In this document: positions 48,916 through 61,624 of the stretch, in pieces
Layout of the letters: each line of letters starts with the position of its first letter
Numbering within the stretch: the stretch's first letter is position 1
DNA from: Mobula hypostoma
Taxonomy: Eukaryota
Length of the DNA stretch: 64,000 bases
Assembly (NCBI RefSeq): GCF_963921235.1
Contig: NC_086097.1
Coordinates: 176,144,001 to 176,208,000 of the forward strand
Reading direction: 5' to 3'
The notes under the pieces: generated by a model
The model's database searches: none
What the model was told of the DNA's origin: nothing
The model's input: only the letters and a program-made list of their open reading frames with translations
Position numbers and translations under genes: made by a program

Positions 48916-50583
48916 TGCCAGTTCCAAGTCTTATTTCCGTGTTGGGTAACTTGATGACTCCAGTTTCTTCTTTGGGAAGACCACTTGTTTTGTAAATAGA
49001 AAAGTTAAGGATTTACAGTATAATTCCACCTTGTTAGGCATCAAATCAGACAAGATTTTAGTAAACTTCATCTTGGAGTCTCAGTGGTTGTACTTCAGAT
49101 GTAAATATCTTGAAGTGGAAAGATAATTTTGGAGAATTGCAGCAATGGCAGTTTATTAGGGTGTGGTAATAATTATATGATGCTTACACTATATTTTTTC
49201 TTCAATGCTGAAACTCATAACACACCCTTTCAATGATTAACTTCTGAACTGTGCCGATTAATTCAGTGTGTCACATAGAAACAACTCATCATAAGTTGCA
49301 TGGTTCTGAGATATCAGCATTTCTATAAATGACTTACCTCATTAACCTTGAGAGTTGTGTTTCAATAATCTGGACAGAACTGTTTTATAAATGACTGGTA
49401 AATCAATCATTGCCACTGTCCTAAATTCTGTAGTCATTAATTTTGATTGTTAATAAACCAATGATTCCTCCAACCTGGCCTTCTGGAGCACATCCCCACT
49501 TTCAATTACCATACAACTTACTGATGGCTATATTTTATGCTTCATTAATATCTCCCTCTCTCTTCCCCCTCTCCTTTTCCTCTCTTTCTCCTCTCTCTCT
49601 CCTTCTTTATCTTTAAGAACCCAGGACAATTCTCATCTCATTACTACCATCAGGGAGGAAGTACAGGAGCCTGAAGACCTATACTCAATTTCAACAATTT
49701 CTTCCTTTCTACCATATTTCTCAATGGTTCATGAGCCCATGGACACTACCTCATTAGTTTTGCTCTCTTTACACTGTCTTTATTTTTTATATTGCAGTTT
49801 GTATGTATTGCACTGCACTGCTGCTGCAAAACAACAAATTTCAGAACATTTGTCAGTGATAGTGAACCTGATTCTGATTCTGCTGTTGCATCTGCCTCAA
49901 CCACTTCATCCGACAGCTCATTCCATACACATACTACCCTTTGTGTAAAAAGGTTGTCCCATAGATCCCTATTAAATCTATCCCCTGCCACCTTAACCGA
50001 ATGCCCTGTGGTTCTTGATTCTCTGACTATGGGCTAAAGATGGACTTTCCTTTCCAAGGGGGAAAAAAAATCCCATACCGACTAGCCTCTTCTTTTAACT
50101 CAGTCCCTTGAGTGAGGACAACATCCTTATAAGGTTTTTCTGTGCTCTTTCTGGTTTAACAACATCAGGGTGATTAAAACTGAATACAGTACTTTCAGTA
50201 CAGTCTCACCAATATTTGTACAACTACTCCATGACCTCCTAACTTTTATACTCCAATACCCTAATTGAAAAAGGTCAGCTTGCCAAAAGACTTCTTCACC
50301 ATCCTGTCTACCTGTGATTTTACTTTCATGGAACTATGTATCTGAACTTTTGGGTCCCTCTGTTCTATAATATTCCCCAAAAAGTCCTACCTTGATTTGA
50401 CCTTTGAAGTGCAACACCTCACATATATCTGAATTAAACTCCATTTGCCATTCCTTGGCCCACTTTCTTAGCTGATCAAGATTCATGTTTGGTAACCTTC
50501 TTCACTGTCCACTATATCAGCGACTTCAATATCATTTGCAAATTTACTGAATATGCTTTGTTCATTCTCATCTAAATCATTGA

Positions 50584-50943
50584 TCATCATCGTCATTACA
50601 CATCGTGTCGTATGACGTGAGAGACCATGGTCTCCATGATAATGATTGTTCTTGGCAAATGTTTCTACAGAAGTGGTTTGTCATTGCCTTCTTCTGGGCA
50701 GTGTCTTTGCAAGATGGGTGACCCAGCCATTATCACTACTCTTCTGTGGTGGCATAACCAGGACCAGACGTTCATACGACCATCCACCATTTGCTCCCAT
50801 GGATTCACTTGACCCTCTTGACCCAAATGGTAGGGGAGGGAGTAAGCAGTACTACACCTTGCCCAAGAGTGATCTGCAGGTTAGTGGAGGGAAGGAGTGC
50901 CTTCAATGTCCTTTTGTAGAGACATATTTCCACCTGCCACCCA
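50584..50943 (-). mobile_element. SINE-like insertion (probably RTE-dependent) within an old minus-strand CR1 (~49890-51050)
   Basis: 10-bp TSD aaatcattga (50574-50583 / 50944-50953) and a (gat)n tail at the left end. Confidence 0.65.
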
Positions 50944-52992
50944 AAATCATTGAAACAATGGGCCAAGCACATCCCTACTAATGAGCCTCCATTCTGAGAA
51001 GGTACCTTCCATTATCACTCTCTGCTTTCTATCATTGAGCTAATTGTGTATCCAATTATAAACACAAGAAATTTTGCAGATGCTGGAAATCCAAAACAAC
51101 ACCCACAAAATACTTGGGTAAATACAGCCCGACCTGCTATGTTCTAGAATTTTGTGTCTGTATCCAATTAGCCAGCTCTCCCTCGTTTCCATGATATCTA
51201 ACCATGGATTCCTTAAGATCTAAACCTGCATTCCATGCACATGATACTTTCACAATGGAAACATCTCAACGTCTACCCTGTCAAACTCCCTTAAGATTTT
51301 ATATGTTTGAATAATTCCACCCTCATTCTTCTCAACTCCGGGAATACAAACTCTATTGTACAGCTGTCTAGCTTTTCTTAATAGGACAACTTTCTCATTC
51401 CAGGCATTAGAGACACAAGCGACTGCAGATGCTTGAATCAACAATAATAAGCAATCGGCTGGAGGAACTCAGCAGACTGAGTAGCATCTCTGGGAGTGGG
51501 GTGGGTGGGGTGTGGTGGGGGGGGGGAATTGTTGAAGTTTCGGGACAGGATTTACAGGAATTAGCCAAGTGAATTGCCTATGGACTGCCTCTGATATTAT
51601 GAGTTCTTTTTTATAAAGGAATCTAAACTACGAATAGTATTTTAGTTGCAGCCCTGCCAACACCCAGCCCAACCCATTTCAGCAAAGTCCAACGTACAGT
51701 TTGTCTTCTCAACTACTTGTTAAACCTGCCTGCAAGCATTTTCTGATTCATGCACCAGAACACAGAAATCCCTCTGGACTTCACTCACATGCAGTCTCTC
51801 TATTTAAGCAATGGAGAGGGATGATACTAAAGAGGTGTATATAATTAATAAGGGCATAGATAAGGTGAGTACACACTGACCTTTACCCACGGTTGGGAAT
51901 CAAAAACTAGAGGGCATACATTTAAGGTGAGAGGGGAAGAATTAAAAAGGACCTGAGGGACAACTTCTTTTTGTGTAAATGGAATGTATTGCCGGAATAC
52001 GTGGTAGTGGCAGGAACATCTGCAACACCTAAAGGCACTTGGTACATGGATAGAGAAGGGTCAGAGCAGTGGTTTCCGAAGTAGGTGATATCACCCCCTT
52101 GGGAATGTTGGGAGTTTCTCAGGGGACAATAAAGATATAGGGGTTGGTACAAAGGAGCAGATGAGAGATTACAAGCTTAATTTAAGAAATGAATTATTTA
52201 TTAATAAACATTTGATCCTCTTTGCCTCATAATTGATTACAATGATCACATAATCCCCTCATCTCTTTCTTTCTTTTTAAATCTTTTTATTGAATAAGAA
52301 TACAAAAGGTAAGCCATATAGGCACTAATACACTGTTAGAATATAATAAAATTACAGGAGATATTAAAACAGAAAAGAAATGATACAAACAATGTAATTT
52401 AAACATAAAATAATAAGGTAACATAATAGTATACTAATTTTATATAATATATATATATCAATAGAAAAAGGAAAAAAAAAACCCAAAAACCCACCGTGCA
52501 ACTAAACTAAAAGCAAAGCAAAGCAATGGGCTAACTTGGAAACAAGTAGAGTTAAAAGACTTAAAATCACGTCCTCAAACCCGACCTCCATTAAAAACAG
52601 TAGAAAAAAACAAGAAGGGAATATAAATATGGAGCAAAAAGGGGAAGAAAAAAAATTACATTAAATGAAAATATTGAATAAAAGATCTCCAGGTCTGTTC
52701 AAATTTAAGTGAGAAATCATAAAGATTGCTTCTAATTTTCTCCAAATTCAAGCATAATATCGTCTGAGAAAACCAAAAAAAGGTAGATGGAGCATTAAGC
52801 TCTTTCCAATGTTGTAAGATACATCTTTTCACCATTAAAGTAAGAAATGCAATCATTCTACGGGCTGAAGGAGAAAGATTACTGGAAATTTTAGGTAATC
52901 CAAAGATAGCAGTAATAGGGTGAGGAGAGATATTTATATTCAATACCTTTGAGATAATATTAAAAATGTCTCTCCAAAAAGTTTCCAGAGTA

Positions 52993-55849
52993 TTGCGGGG
53001 AAGGCGGATGAGTTGAGGGCGTGGATTGACACGTGGAATTATGATGTTGTAGCAATTAGTGAAACTTGGCTACAGGAGGGGCAGGACTGGCAGCTTATAA
53101 TTCCAGGGTTCCGATGTTTCAGATGTGATCGAGGCAGAGGAATGAAAGGTGGGGGAGTAGCATTGCTTGTTAGGGAAAATATTACAGCAGTGCTCAGGCA
53201 GGACAGATTAGGGGGCTTGTCTACTGAGTCCTTATGGGTGGAGCTGAGAAACAGGAAAGGTATGGCCACATTAGTGGGATTGTATTACAGACCACCCAAT
53301 AGTCAACGAGACTTGGAAGAGCAAATCTGCAGAGAGATAGCAGGCAACTGCAGGAAACATAAAGATGTGGTGGTAGGGGATTTTAATTTTCCATACATTG
53401 ATTGGGACTCCCATACTGTTAGGGGTCTAGATGGTTTAGAGTTTGTAAAATGTGTTCAGGAAAGTTTTCTAAATCAATATATAGAGGGACCAACTAGAGG
53501 GGATGCAATATTGGATCTCCTGTTAGGTAACGAATTAGGGCAAGTGACAGAAGTCTGTGTAGGGGAGCACTTTGGTTCCAGTGATCATAACACCATTAGT
53601 TTCAATTTGATCATAGACAAGGATAGATCTGGTCCTAGGGTTGAGGTTCTGAACTGGAAGAAGGCCAAATTTGAAGAAATGAGAAAGGATCTAAAAAGCG
53701 TGGATTGGGACAGGTTGTTCTCTGGCAAAGATGTGATTGGTAGGTGGGAAGCCTTCAAAGGGGAAATTTTGAGAGGGCAGAGTTTGTATGTTCCTGTCAG
53801 GATTAAAGGCAAATTGAATAGGAATAAGGAACCTTGGTTCTCAAGGGACATTGCAACTCTGATAAAGAAGAAGAGGGAGTTGTATGAAATGTATAGGAAA
53901 CAGGGGGTAAATCAGGTGCTTGAGGAGTATAAGAAGTGCAAGAAAATACTTAAGAAAGAAATCAGGAGGGCAAAAAGAAGACATGAGGTTGCCTTGGCAG
54001 TCAAAGTGAAGGATAATCCAAAGAGATTTACAAGTATATTAAGAGCAAAAGGATTGTAAGAGATAAAATTGGTCCTCTTGAAGATCAGAGTGGTCGGCTT
54101 TGTGCGGAACCAAAGGAAATGGGGGAGATCTTAAACAGGTTTTTTGTGTCTGTATTTACTAAGGAAGCTGGCATGAAATCTATGGAACTGAGGGAATCAA
54201 GTAGTGAGACCATGGAAACTGTACAGATTGAAAAGGAGGAGGTGCTTGCTGTCTTGAGGAAAATTAAAGTGGATAAATCCCTGGGACCTGACAGGGTGTT
54301 CCCTCGGACCTTGAAGGAGACTAGTGTTGAAATTGCGAGGGCCCTGGCAGAAATATTTAAAATGTCGCTGTCTACGGGTGAAGTGCCGGAGGATTGGAGA
54401 GTGGCTCACGTTGTTCCGTTGTTTAAAAAAGGATCGAAAAATAATCCGGGAAATTATAGGCCGGTGAGTTTAACGTCAGTAGTAGGTAAGTTATTGGAGG
54501 GAGTACTAAGAGACAGAATCTACAAGCATTTGGATAGACAGGGGCTTATTAGGGAGAATCAACATGGCTTTGTGTGTGGTAGGTCATGTTTGACCAATCT
54601 GTTGGAGTTTTTCGAGGAGGTTACCAGGAAAGTGGATGAAGGGAAGGCAGTGGATATTGTCTACATGGACTTCAGTAAGCCTTTGACAAGGTCCCGCATG
54701 GGAGGTTAGTTAGGAAAATTCAGTCGCTAGGTATACATGGAGAGGTGGTAAATTGGATTGGACATTGGCTCGATGGAAGAAGCCAGAGAGTGGTGGTAGA
54801 AAATTGCTTCCCTTAGTGGAGGCCTGTGACTAGCGGTGTGCCACAGGGATCAGTGCTGGGTCCATTGTTATTTGTCATCTATATCAATGATCTGGATGAT
54901 AATGTGGTAAATTGGATCAGCAAGTTTGCTGATGATACAAAGATTGGAGGTGTAGTAGACAGTGAGGAAGGTTTTCAGAGCCTGCAGAGGGACTTGGACC
55001 AGCTGGAAAAATGGGCTGAAAAATGGCAGATGGAGTTTAATACAGACAAGTGTGAGGTATTGCATGTTGGAAGGACAAACCAAGGTAGAACATACAGGGT
55101 TAATGGTAAGGCACTGAGGAGTGCAGTGGAACAGAGGGATCTGGGAATACAGATACAAAATTCCCTAAAAATGGCGTCACAGGTAGATAGGGTCATAAAG
55201 AGAGCTTTTGGTACATTGGCCTTTATTAATCGAAGTATTGAGTATAAGAGCTGGAATGTTATGATGAGGTTGTATAAGGCATTGGTGAGGCCGAATCTGG
55301 AGTATTGTGTTCAGTTTTGGTCACCAAATTACAGGAAGGATATAAATAAGGTTGAAAGAGTGCAGAGAAGGTTTACAAGGATGTTGCCAGGACTTGAGAA
55401 ACTCAGTTACAGAGAAAGGTTGAATAGGTTAGGACTTTATTCCCTGGAGCGTAGAAGAATGAGGGGAGATTTGATAGAGGTATATAAAATTATGATGGGT
55501 ATAGATAGAGTGAATGCAAGCAGGCTTTTTCCACTGAGGCAAGGGGAGAAAAAAACCAGAGGACATGGGTTAAGGGTGAGGGGGGAAAAGTTTAAAGGGA
55601 ACATTAGGGGGGGCTTCTTCACACAGAGAGTGGGGGGAGTATGGAATGAGCTGCCAGACGAGGTGGTAAATGCGGGTTCTTTTTTAACACTTAAGAATAA
55701 ATTGGACAGATACATGGATGGGAGGTGTATGGAGGGATATGGTCCGTGTGCAGGTCAGTGGGACTAGGCAGAAAATGGTTCGGGACAGCCAAGAAGGGCC
55801 AAAGGGCCTGTTTCTGTGCTGTAGTTTCTATGGTTCTATAGTTCTATGG
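52993..55849 (+). mobile_element. CR1 LINE, almost complete ORF2 (two frameshifts), inserted in the L1
   Basis: ORFs 53013..54059 (endonuclease), 54119..54709 and 54826..55767 (RT, KFADDTK), with a (ttctatgg) tail. The L1 frame WSCPT|LETFW rejoins across it. Confidence 0.95.
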
Positions 55850-56871
55850 TAGTAGGACAAGACCAAAACATATGAGTTAAAGAGGCTATCTGCCCTGAAC
55901 ATCTATCACAAAAAGGATTAATATGATAATAAAAACGAGCTAATTTATCTTTGGACATATGTGCTCTATGAACAACTTTAAATTGAATTAGGGAATGTTT
56001 AGCACAGATAGAGGAAGTATTGATTAATTGTAAAATCTGCCCCCAGTCATCCACGGAAATGATAGAGCCCAATTCCTGTTCCCAATCTAACCTAATCTTA
56101 TCAAATGGAGCTTTCCTAAGTTTCATAATAATATTATAAATCATAGCCGATGCACCTTTCTGACATGGATTAAGGTTAATTATAGTATCTAAGGTATATG
56201 TAGGAGGAAGCATTGGAAAGGAAGAAAGTATAGTACTTAGGAAATTTCTAACTTGTAGATATCTAAAAAAAATGTATTGTTGATAAATTATACTTATTTG
56301 ATAATTGTTCAAAAGACATAAGGGAACCGTCTAAAAATAAATCCAAAAACCGTGAAATACCCTTAGTCTTCCAAATTTGAAAAGCACGATCCGTGAAAGA
56401 GGGAGGAAAAAATATGTTACCTAAAATAGGAATCGCTAGCCCAAATTGGTTAAGATCAAAAAATTTTCTGAATTGAACCCAAATATGTAAGGTATATTTA
56501 ACTATTGGGTTAGAGACCTGTTTGAGACGTTTCAAATCAAAAGGAAGAGAGGAACCTAAAATAGAGCCAAGTGTATAGCCCTGAGCAGATTGTAATTCCA
56601 ATACTACCCATTTAGGAATGGATAGTATATCCTGGTCGAGTAACCAAAATTTCATATGTCGAATATTAACTGCCCAATAATAGAATCTAAAGTTAGGTAA
56701 TGCTAAACCTCCATCTCTCTTGGCTTTCTGTAGATGTATTTTACCCAGTCTTGGGTTTTTATTTTGCCAAATAAATGAAGAAATTTTTGAGTCAACTTTA
56801 TCAAAAATTTTGGCAGAAAAAACATCTTAACTGCATTAATACAACCAATCAAAGTTAAATATAATGGAAAC

Positions 56872-57052
56872 AACAGGAATTCTGCAAATGCTGGAAATTC
56901 AAGGGCCCCTCCCCCTCCAACTTTCAAATCCCTTACTCACTCTTCCTTCAGTTAGTCCTGATGAAGGGTCTCGGCCTGAAACGTCGACTGCACCTCTTCC
57001 CATAGATGCTGCCTGGCCTGCTGCGTTCACCAGCAACTTTGATGTGTGTTGC
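56872..57052 (+). mobile_element. Short PLE pLTR insertion with an inverted 5' segment
   Basis: 17-bp TSD ttaaatataatggaaac (56855-56871 / 57053-57069). Same family as 2322-2502. Confidence 0.88.
56954..56989 (+). ncRNA. Minimal type I hammerhead ribozyme motif
   Basis: agtc-CTGATGA-agg(gtctcgg)cct-GAAA-C-GTC^-gact. Stems I and II pair and the core is complete. Stem III is reduced to the palindrome ACGT. Confidence 0.82.
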
Positions 57053-57295
57053 TTAAATATAATGGAAACCATTTAGATGAAAGTTGAGTAATATGGTCAA
57101 TTAAGGGTAAAAAATTAATCTTAAATAAATCTTTGTGTTTACAAGTGATTTTAATCCCAAGATATGAAAAATAATTATTAATCAATTTAAACGGAAAGTT
57201 GTGATATAAGGGAAGTTGTTTATTAATCTGGAAAAGTTCACTCTTACTAAGATTTAATTTATAACCTGAAAAAAGACTAAATTGTGCTAATAAAG

Positions 57296-59446
57296 CTAAA
57301 ACAGCAGGATGGATTTTTGAGGATTAGAAATATATAAAAGTAAATCATCAGCATAGAGTGATATTTTATGGGACTTTAAGCCCCGAGTTATCCCAGTAAT
57401 ATTTGGAGATTCTCGAATGGCAATTGCAAGAGGTTCTAATGCAATATAAAATAATAAAGGACTAAGAGGACAGCCTTGTCGAGTACCTCGAAAAAGAGGG
57501 AAAAAAGGTGAGCTTAAAGAGTTAGTACGGACCGAGGCTACAGGAGAATGACATAACAGTTTAATCCAGGATATAAATTTTGAGCTAAAATTAAACATTT
57601 CAAGCACCTTAAATAAGTAAGGCCATTCTACTCTATCAAAAGCTTTCTCAGCATCTAAAGAGATAACACACTCAGGAACATTTTGTGAGGGGATATAAAC
57701 AATATTTAACAGTGTACGTATGTTATAGAAAGAGTAACGACCTTTAATAAAACCCGTTTGGTCTTCCGAAATAATAAAAGGGAGTACTTTTTCTAATCTG
57801 TTTGCTAATAATTTAGAAAAAATTTTAGAATCAACATTTAATAAAGATATTGGTCTATAAGATGCACATTGAGCAGGATCTTTATCCTTCTTTAATATTA
57901 GAGACATTGACGCTCTATTGAAAGATTCGGGAAGTTTACCCAGTTTTAATGAAGCCTCGAAAACCCTACAGAACCACGGGATTAATGAAGATGCAAAACA
58001 TTTATAAAATTCTGTGGTAAACCCATCAGGGCCAGGAGCTTTCCCCAGGTTCATAGAGGAAATAACATTCTTAATCTCATCAGTGGTAATGGGAGTATCT
58101 AGAATAGAAGACATATCCTGTGAAATCTCAGGGAATTCTAGGTTATCTAAAAAATCATTCATATATTTAGAGTCTCGAGAGGACTCTGATTGATATAAGG
58201 AAGAATAAAAATCAAAAAAGGTTTGATTAATCCCCGCATGATCAAGTATCAGACGATCATTTTGATTATTAATCTGATTAATTTGAGACTTAGTATAATT
58301 AGATTTCAATTGGTTAGCCAACAGTTTGCCAATTTTATCACTGTGTACATAAAATTCACTTCTTGTTTTCTTTAATTGGTTTACAATCAAGGACGAAAGT
58401 AATAAACTGTTTTCCATTTGAAGTTCAGTTCTTTGTTTATATAACTCCTCAGAGGGAGCTGTAACATATTTCTTAACAATTTCCTTAATCTTGTCCACAA
58501 TTACCAACTCCTCCTGCTTCAGCTTCTTCCTCAAAGCAGCAGAATACGAGATAATCTGACCACGAATATAAGCTTTAAAAGTATCCCAAAGAATGTTCAC
58601 AGAAATATCCTCTGTATAGTTGATTGTAAAAAAAAGATCAATCTGTTCATTCATAAAGTTAACAAAGTCCGAGTCCTGAAGCAACAGCGAATTAAAACAC
58701 CAGTGTCTATTATTTTGTGTATTGGCCTGGATTTTAATAGAAAGCTTAAGTGGGGCATGATCCGCAATGGTTATAGAGTCATAATCACATTTAATCACTG
58801 AAGAAATAAGATGAGAGTCAATAAAGAAATAATCAATTCTTGAATAAGAATGGTGAACATGTGAAAAAAAAGAAAAATCTTTTTCCTGAGGATGCAAAAA
58901 ATGCCAAATGTCCGTCGACCCAGAATCAGAGAGGAATGAATTAATCAAAGTTGCAGATTTATTAGGTAAGGTCTGTAGAGGAGCTGAACGGTCCAAAGCT
59001 GGAGATAAACAGGTATTAAGATCTCTGCCCCAGATCAATGAAAACTCATTCAAATTCGGGAACTGATTGAATAATGATTTATAAAATTCCGGACAGTCCA
59101 TATTGGGAGCATAAACATTAACCAAAATTACCTTTTTATTAAATAGTAAACCACTAACCAGTAGAAATCTACCATTCGGATCAGAGATAATATCATGTTG
59201 TATAAAAGTAACTGAGGAATCTATGAAAATAGAGACGCCTCGAATCTTAGCGTTAGAGCTCGAATGAAACTGTTGTCCCTTCCAGAATTTAAAAAAACGT
59301 AGTCTGTCCCCCCTCTGCACATGGGTCTCTTGTAAAAATAGAATTTGTGCTTTAAGTGTCCGGAACACTTTAAAAACTTTTTTCCTTTTAATAGGATGCT
59401 TAAGACCATAAGTATTCCAGGAGACAAAATTAATAATAGACTCCAT
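57296..59446 (-). pseudogene. L1 ORF2 (APE endonuclease plus RT), open for about 716 codons, then frameshifted
   Basis: FVSWN...LQETH...NVYAPN...SRIDYFF...DHAP, KAPGPDGF, YRPISLLN, SLDAEKAFDRV, GTRQGCPLSPLLF, YADD. Confidence 0.92.
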
Positions 59447-60526
59447 AAACCCTAAAGTCAACCCACAAAAAGGAGGATTGATGATAGGCTTGACCCACGA
59501 ACCCGGAAAGGGAACAGAACAAGCAAGAGATACCGGGAAGGAGAATGCAACCAATACTTCAATAGTGTAAATAGCCCAAGAAGAAAAAAACTAAAACGTG
59601 AAGCCCCTCCCACCAACCCCCACCCCATGACCCCAGGGCTAAATCTAAAACAGACCAGCCGGAAAGAAGCAAGCACTAAAACTACCCTCATGACTTCCAA
59701 TAGATGCTCACTAAAAAAGTGTAAATATAAAAAAGATCAGCAAATTATAAAACAGTAAAAGAATAAAAAAAGTAAATCAATTAAAACAAACACTTAATAT
59801 AACAGAAAAAAAGCCAGAAAATATAAAAAAAATGCAACAAACCCCAGACCCTATGAATAAACAAAAAAAAATGAAATTATTAATATAAACTAGTTATAAA
59901 AACCTACAAAAAAAGTAGATTTAAAAACTACAAAATTTAAGGCCTCAAAGGAAATACTTAGAATGACGTTGAGGAAATAACCACCCAAGATCCCCTGGGA
60001 AAAAGAAAGGAATGACGCAAATAGAAAGCTCATCTCTAGGTAACTCACCATTCTCTTAGACTTTGCTTGGAGCGTGTTAAATTTGTTGAAAAGCAATGTG
60101 ACATTTCTGTACTTGGTATGTCATGAGAAATCTGGACTGAAGAAATTGTGTTATTTCCAGGCATGGGCCATGTGTTAGTGCAGTTCACTACTAATGTGCA
60201 GTGTTAGCTAGTACAGTTCCCATACGCTAATCATGAAGTTATGCAGTTCCTGTGAATTCGGTTATGGCATTCAATGGGGTAAAGTTCAAAATCTGCCCTG
60301 TCCAATTGACTTGACTGCATTTCTCTAGACCATGGCCAACCAAGAGATCATTGCCCCACCTTATGTATCTTCACACAGAGTCAGGTTTTATCTGAACTAT
60401 GATAATATCACGGCTTTCCCCTTTATTGATCATAGCGCTCGAGGCTGGACTTAAACAGCAGGTGATTGACCATGGCCATTAATCCACAACAAAAATGGCA
60501 GAAGAGGCCGAACAAAAACACAAGTT

Positions 60527-60820
60527 ATAGAGTCATAGAAAAGTACAGCACATAAACAGGCCCTTTGGCCCATCTAGTCCATGCTGAACCATTTAAACTG
60601 CTTACTCCAATCAACCTGCAATGGGACCATAGCCCTCCATAAACCTATCATCCAAACTTTGCTTAACCTTTGAAATCGAGCTGGCATGCACCACTTGTGC
60701 TGGCAGCTCATTTCACACTCTCATGACCCCCTGAGTGAAGAAGTTTCCCCTCAGGTTCCCCTTAAAATTTTCACCTTTCGCCCTTAATCAATGACCTCTG
60801 TTCTAGTCCCAGGCAACCTC
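60527..60820 (-). mobile_element. CR1 3' end fragment
   Basis: TRGH...FFTQG-like remnant, CR1-type 3' UTR and tail. Confidence 0.75.
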
Positions 60821-60829
60821 ATTGTAGAC

Positions 60830-61620
60830 AGTATAGTGTGGGGTATCTGAAATATGGATTTATACCACCCCCAAATAGCCAACAGCAGCAAATGTGTCTC
60901 AGCTTTTGCAAGTGAAGCAATGAAACCATCCAGCCTCCTTGAACATTTGAAGAGAATACACTCTGATAAAGCAAACAAGAACTTGGCTTATCTTCAGTCA
61001 CTTGTGAAACTTTCAGAAATGGGAAACACTTCAAAACATGCTTGCCAGCAATTCACAACAAAACAGTAATGGTTTGCATGCCTCAGTGAACATTTCATTG
61101 TTCATTGCCAAGTCTAGAAAATCCCATGCAATTGGAGAACTGATTCTGTCAGCAGTAAAAGTGGTTCTGGGTTTGGTTTTGCATAAGTAATCAGAACAAA
61201 TAATTAAAGTGCTTCTGCTCAGTGACAACTCTTTTCAAAAGCAAATAGATGAAATGTCTGAGAATGTGGAAGACACATTGTGCAACAGTACAACAGAATT
61301 TGCTCTGCAGTTAGATGAGTCCACTTTCCCAGGTAATGAATATTTGCTTCTTGGTTATGTTCAATTCATAAAAGATGAACACATGGTTCAAGAGTTGTTA
61401 TTTTGCAAGAGGACTAGAAGCAGATATGAAGGGGGAGTCAATATTTTGAATTATTGAGCAATTTTTCAAAGAGAAAGACATAATGCTCACTGAAGTTCAT
61501 GCTTGTGCAACAGATGGGTAATAGTAAACATGTTTACCATTCACTGTGTAATTCACAGAAAAAAATCATCACAAGAAAACCCAAGTAATCAGCTGTACAA
61601 ATGATTAAATACTGTTATTA
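60830..61620 (+). mobile_element. Fossil hAT (Charlie/Buster-like) transposase
   Basis: MKPSSLLEHLKRIH, LSDNS...IDEMSENVE...FALQLDEST, ACATDG and IHCVIHR. Confidence 0.8.
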
Positions 61621-61624
61621 CAAT

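Larger units (their letters stand above)
52267..60028 (-). mobile_element. L1-clade LINE, 5'-truncated upstream of ORF2, with CR1 and PLE insertions
   Basis: 9-bp TSD ctcatctct (52258-52266 / 60029-60037) and an A-rich tail at ~52267-52290. ORF2 pieces at 57296..59446, 56263.., 55836.. (CDRC...HMFWSCP) and 52656... Confidence 0.92.

Noticed and set aside
2322..57052. Both short PLE inserts are 181 bp
   Set aside because: Their internal structures and breakpoints differ, so the equal length is probably coincidence.
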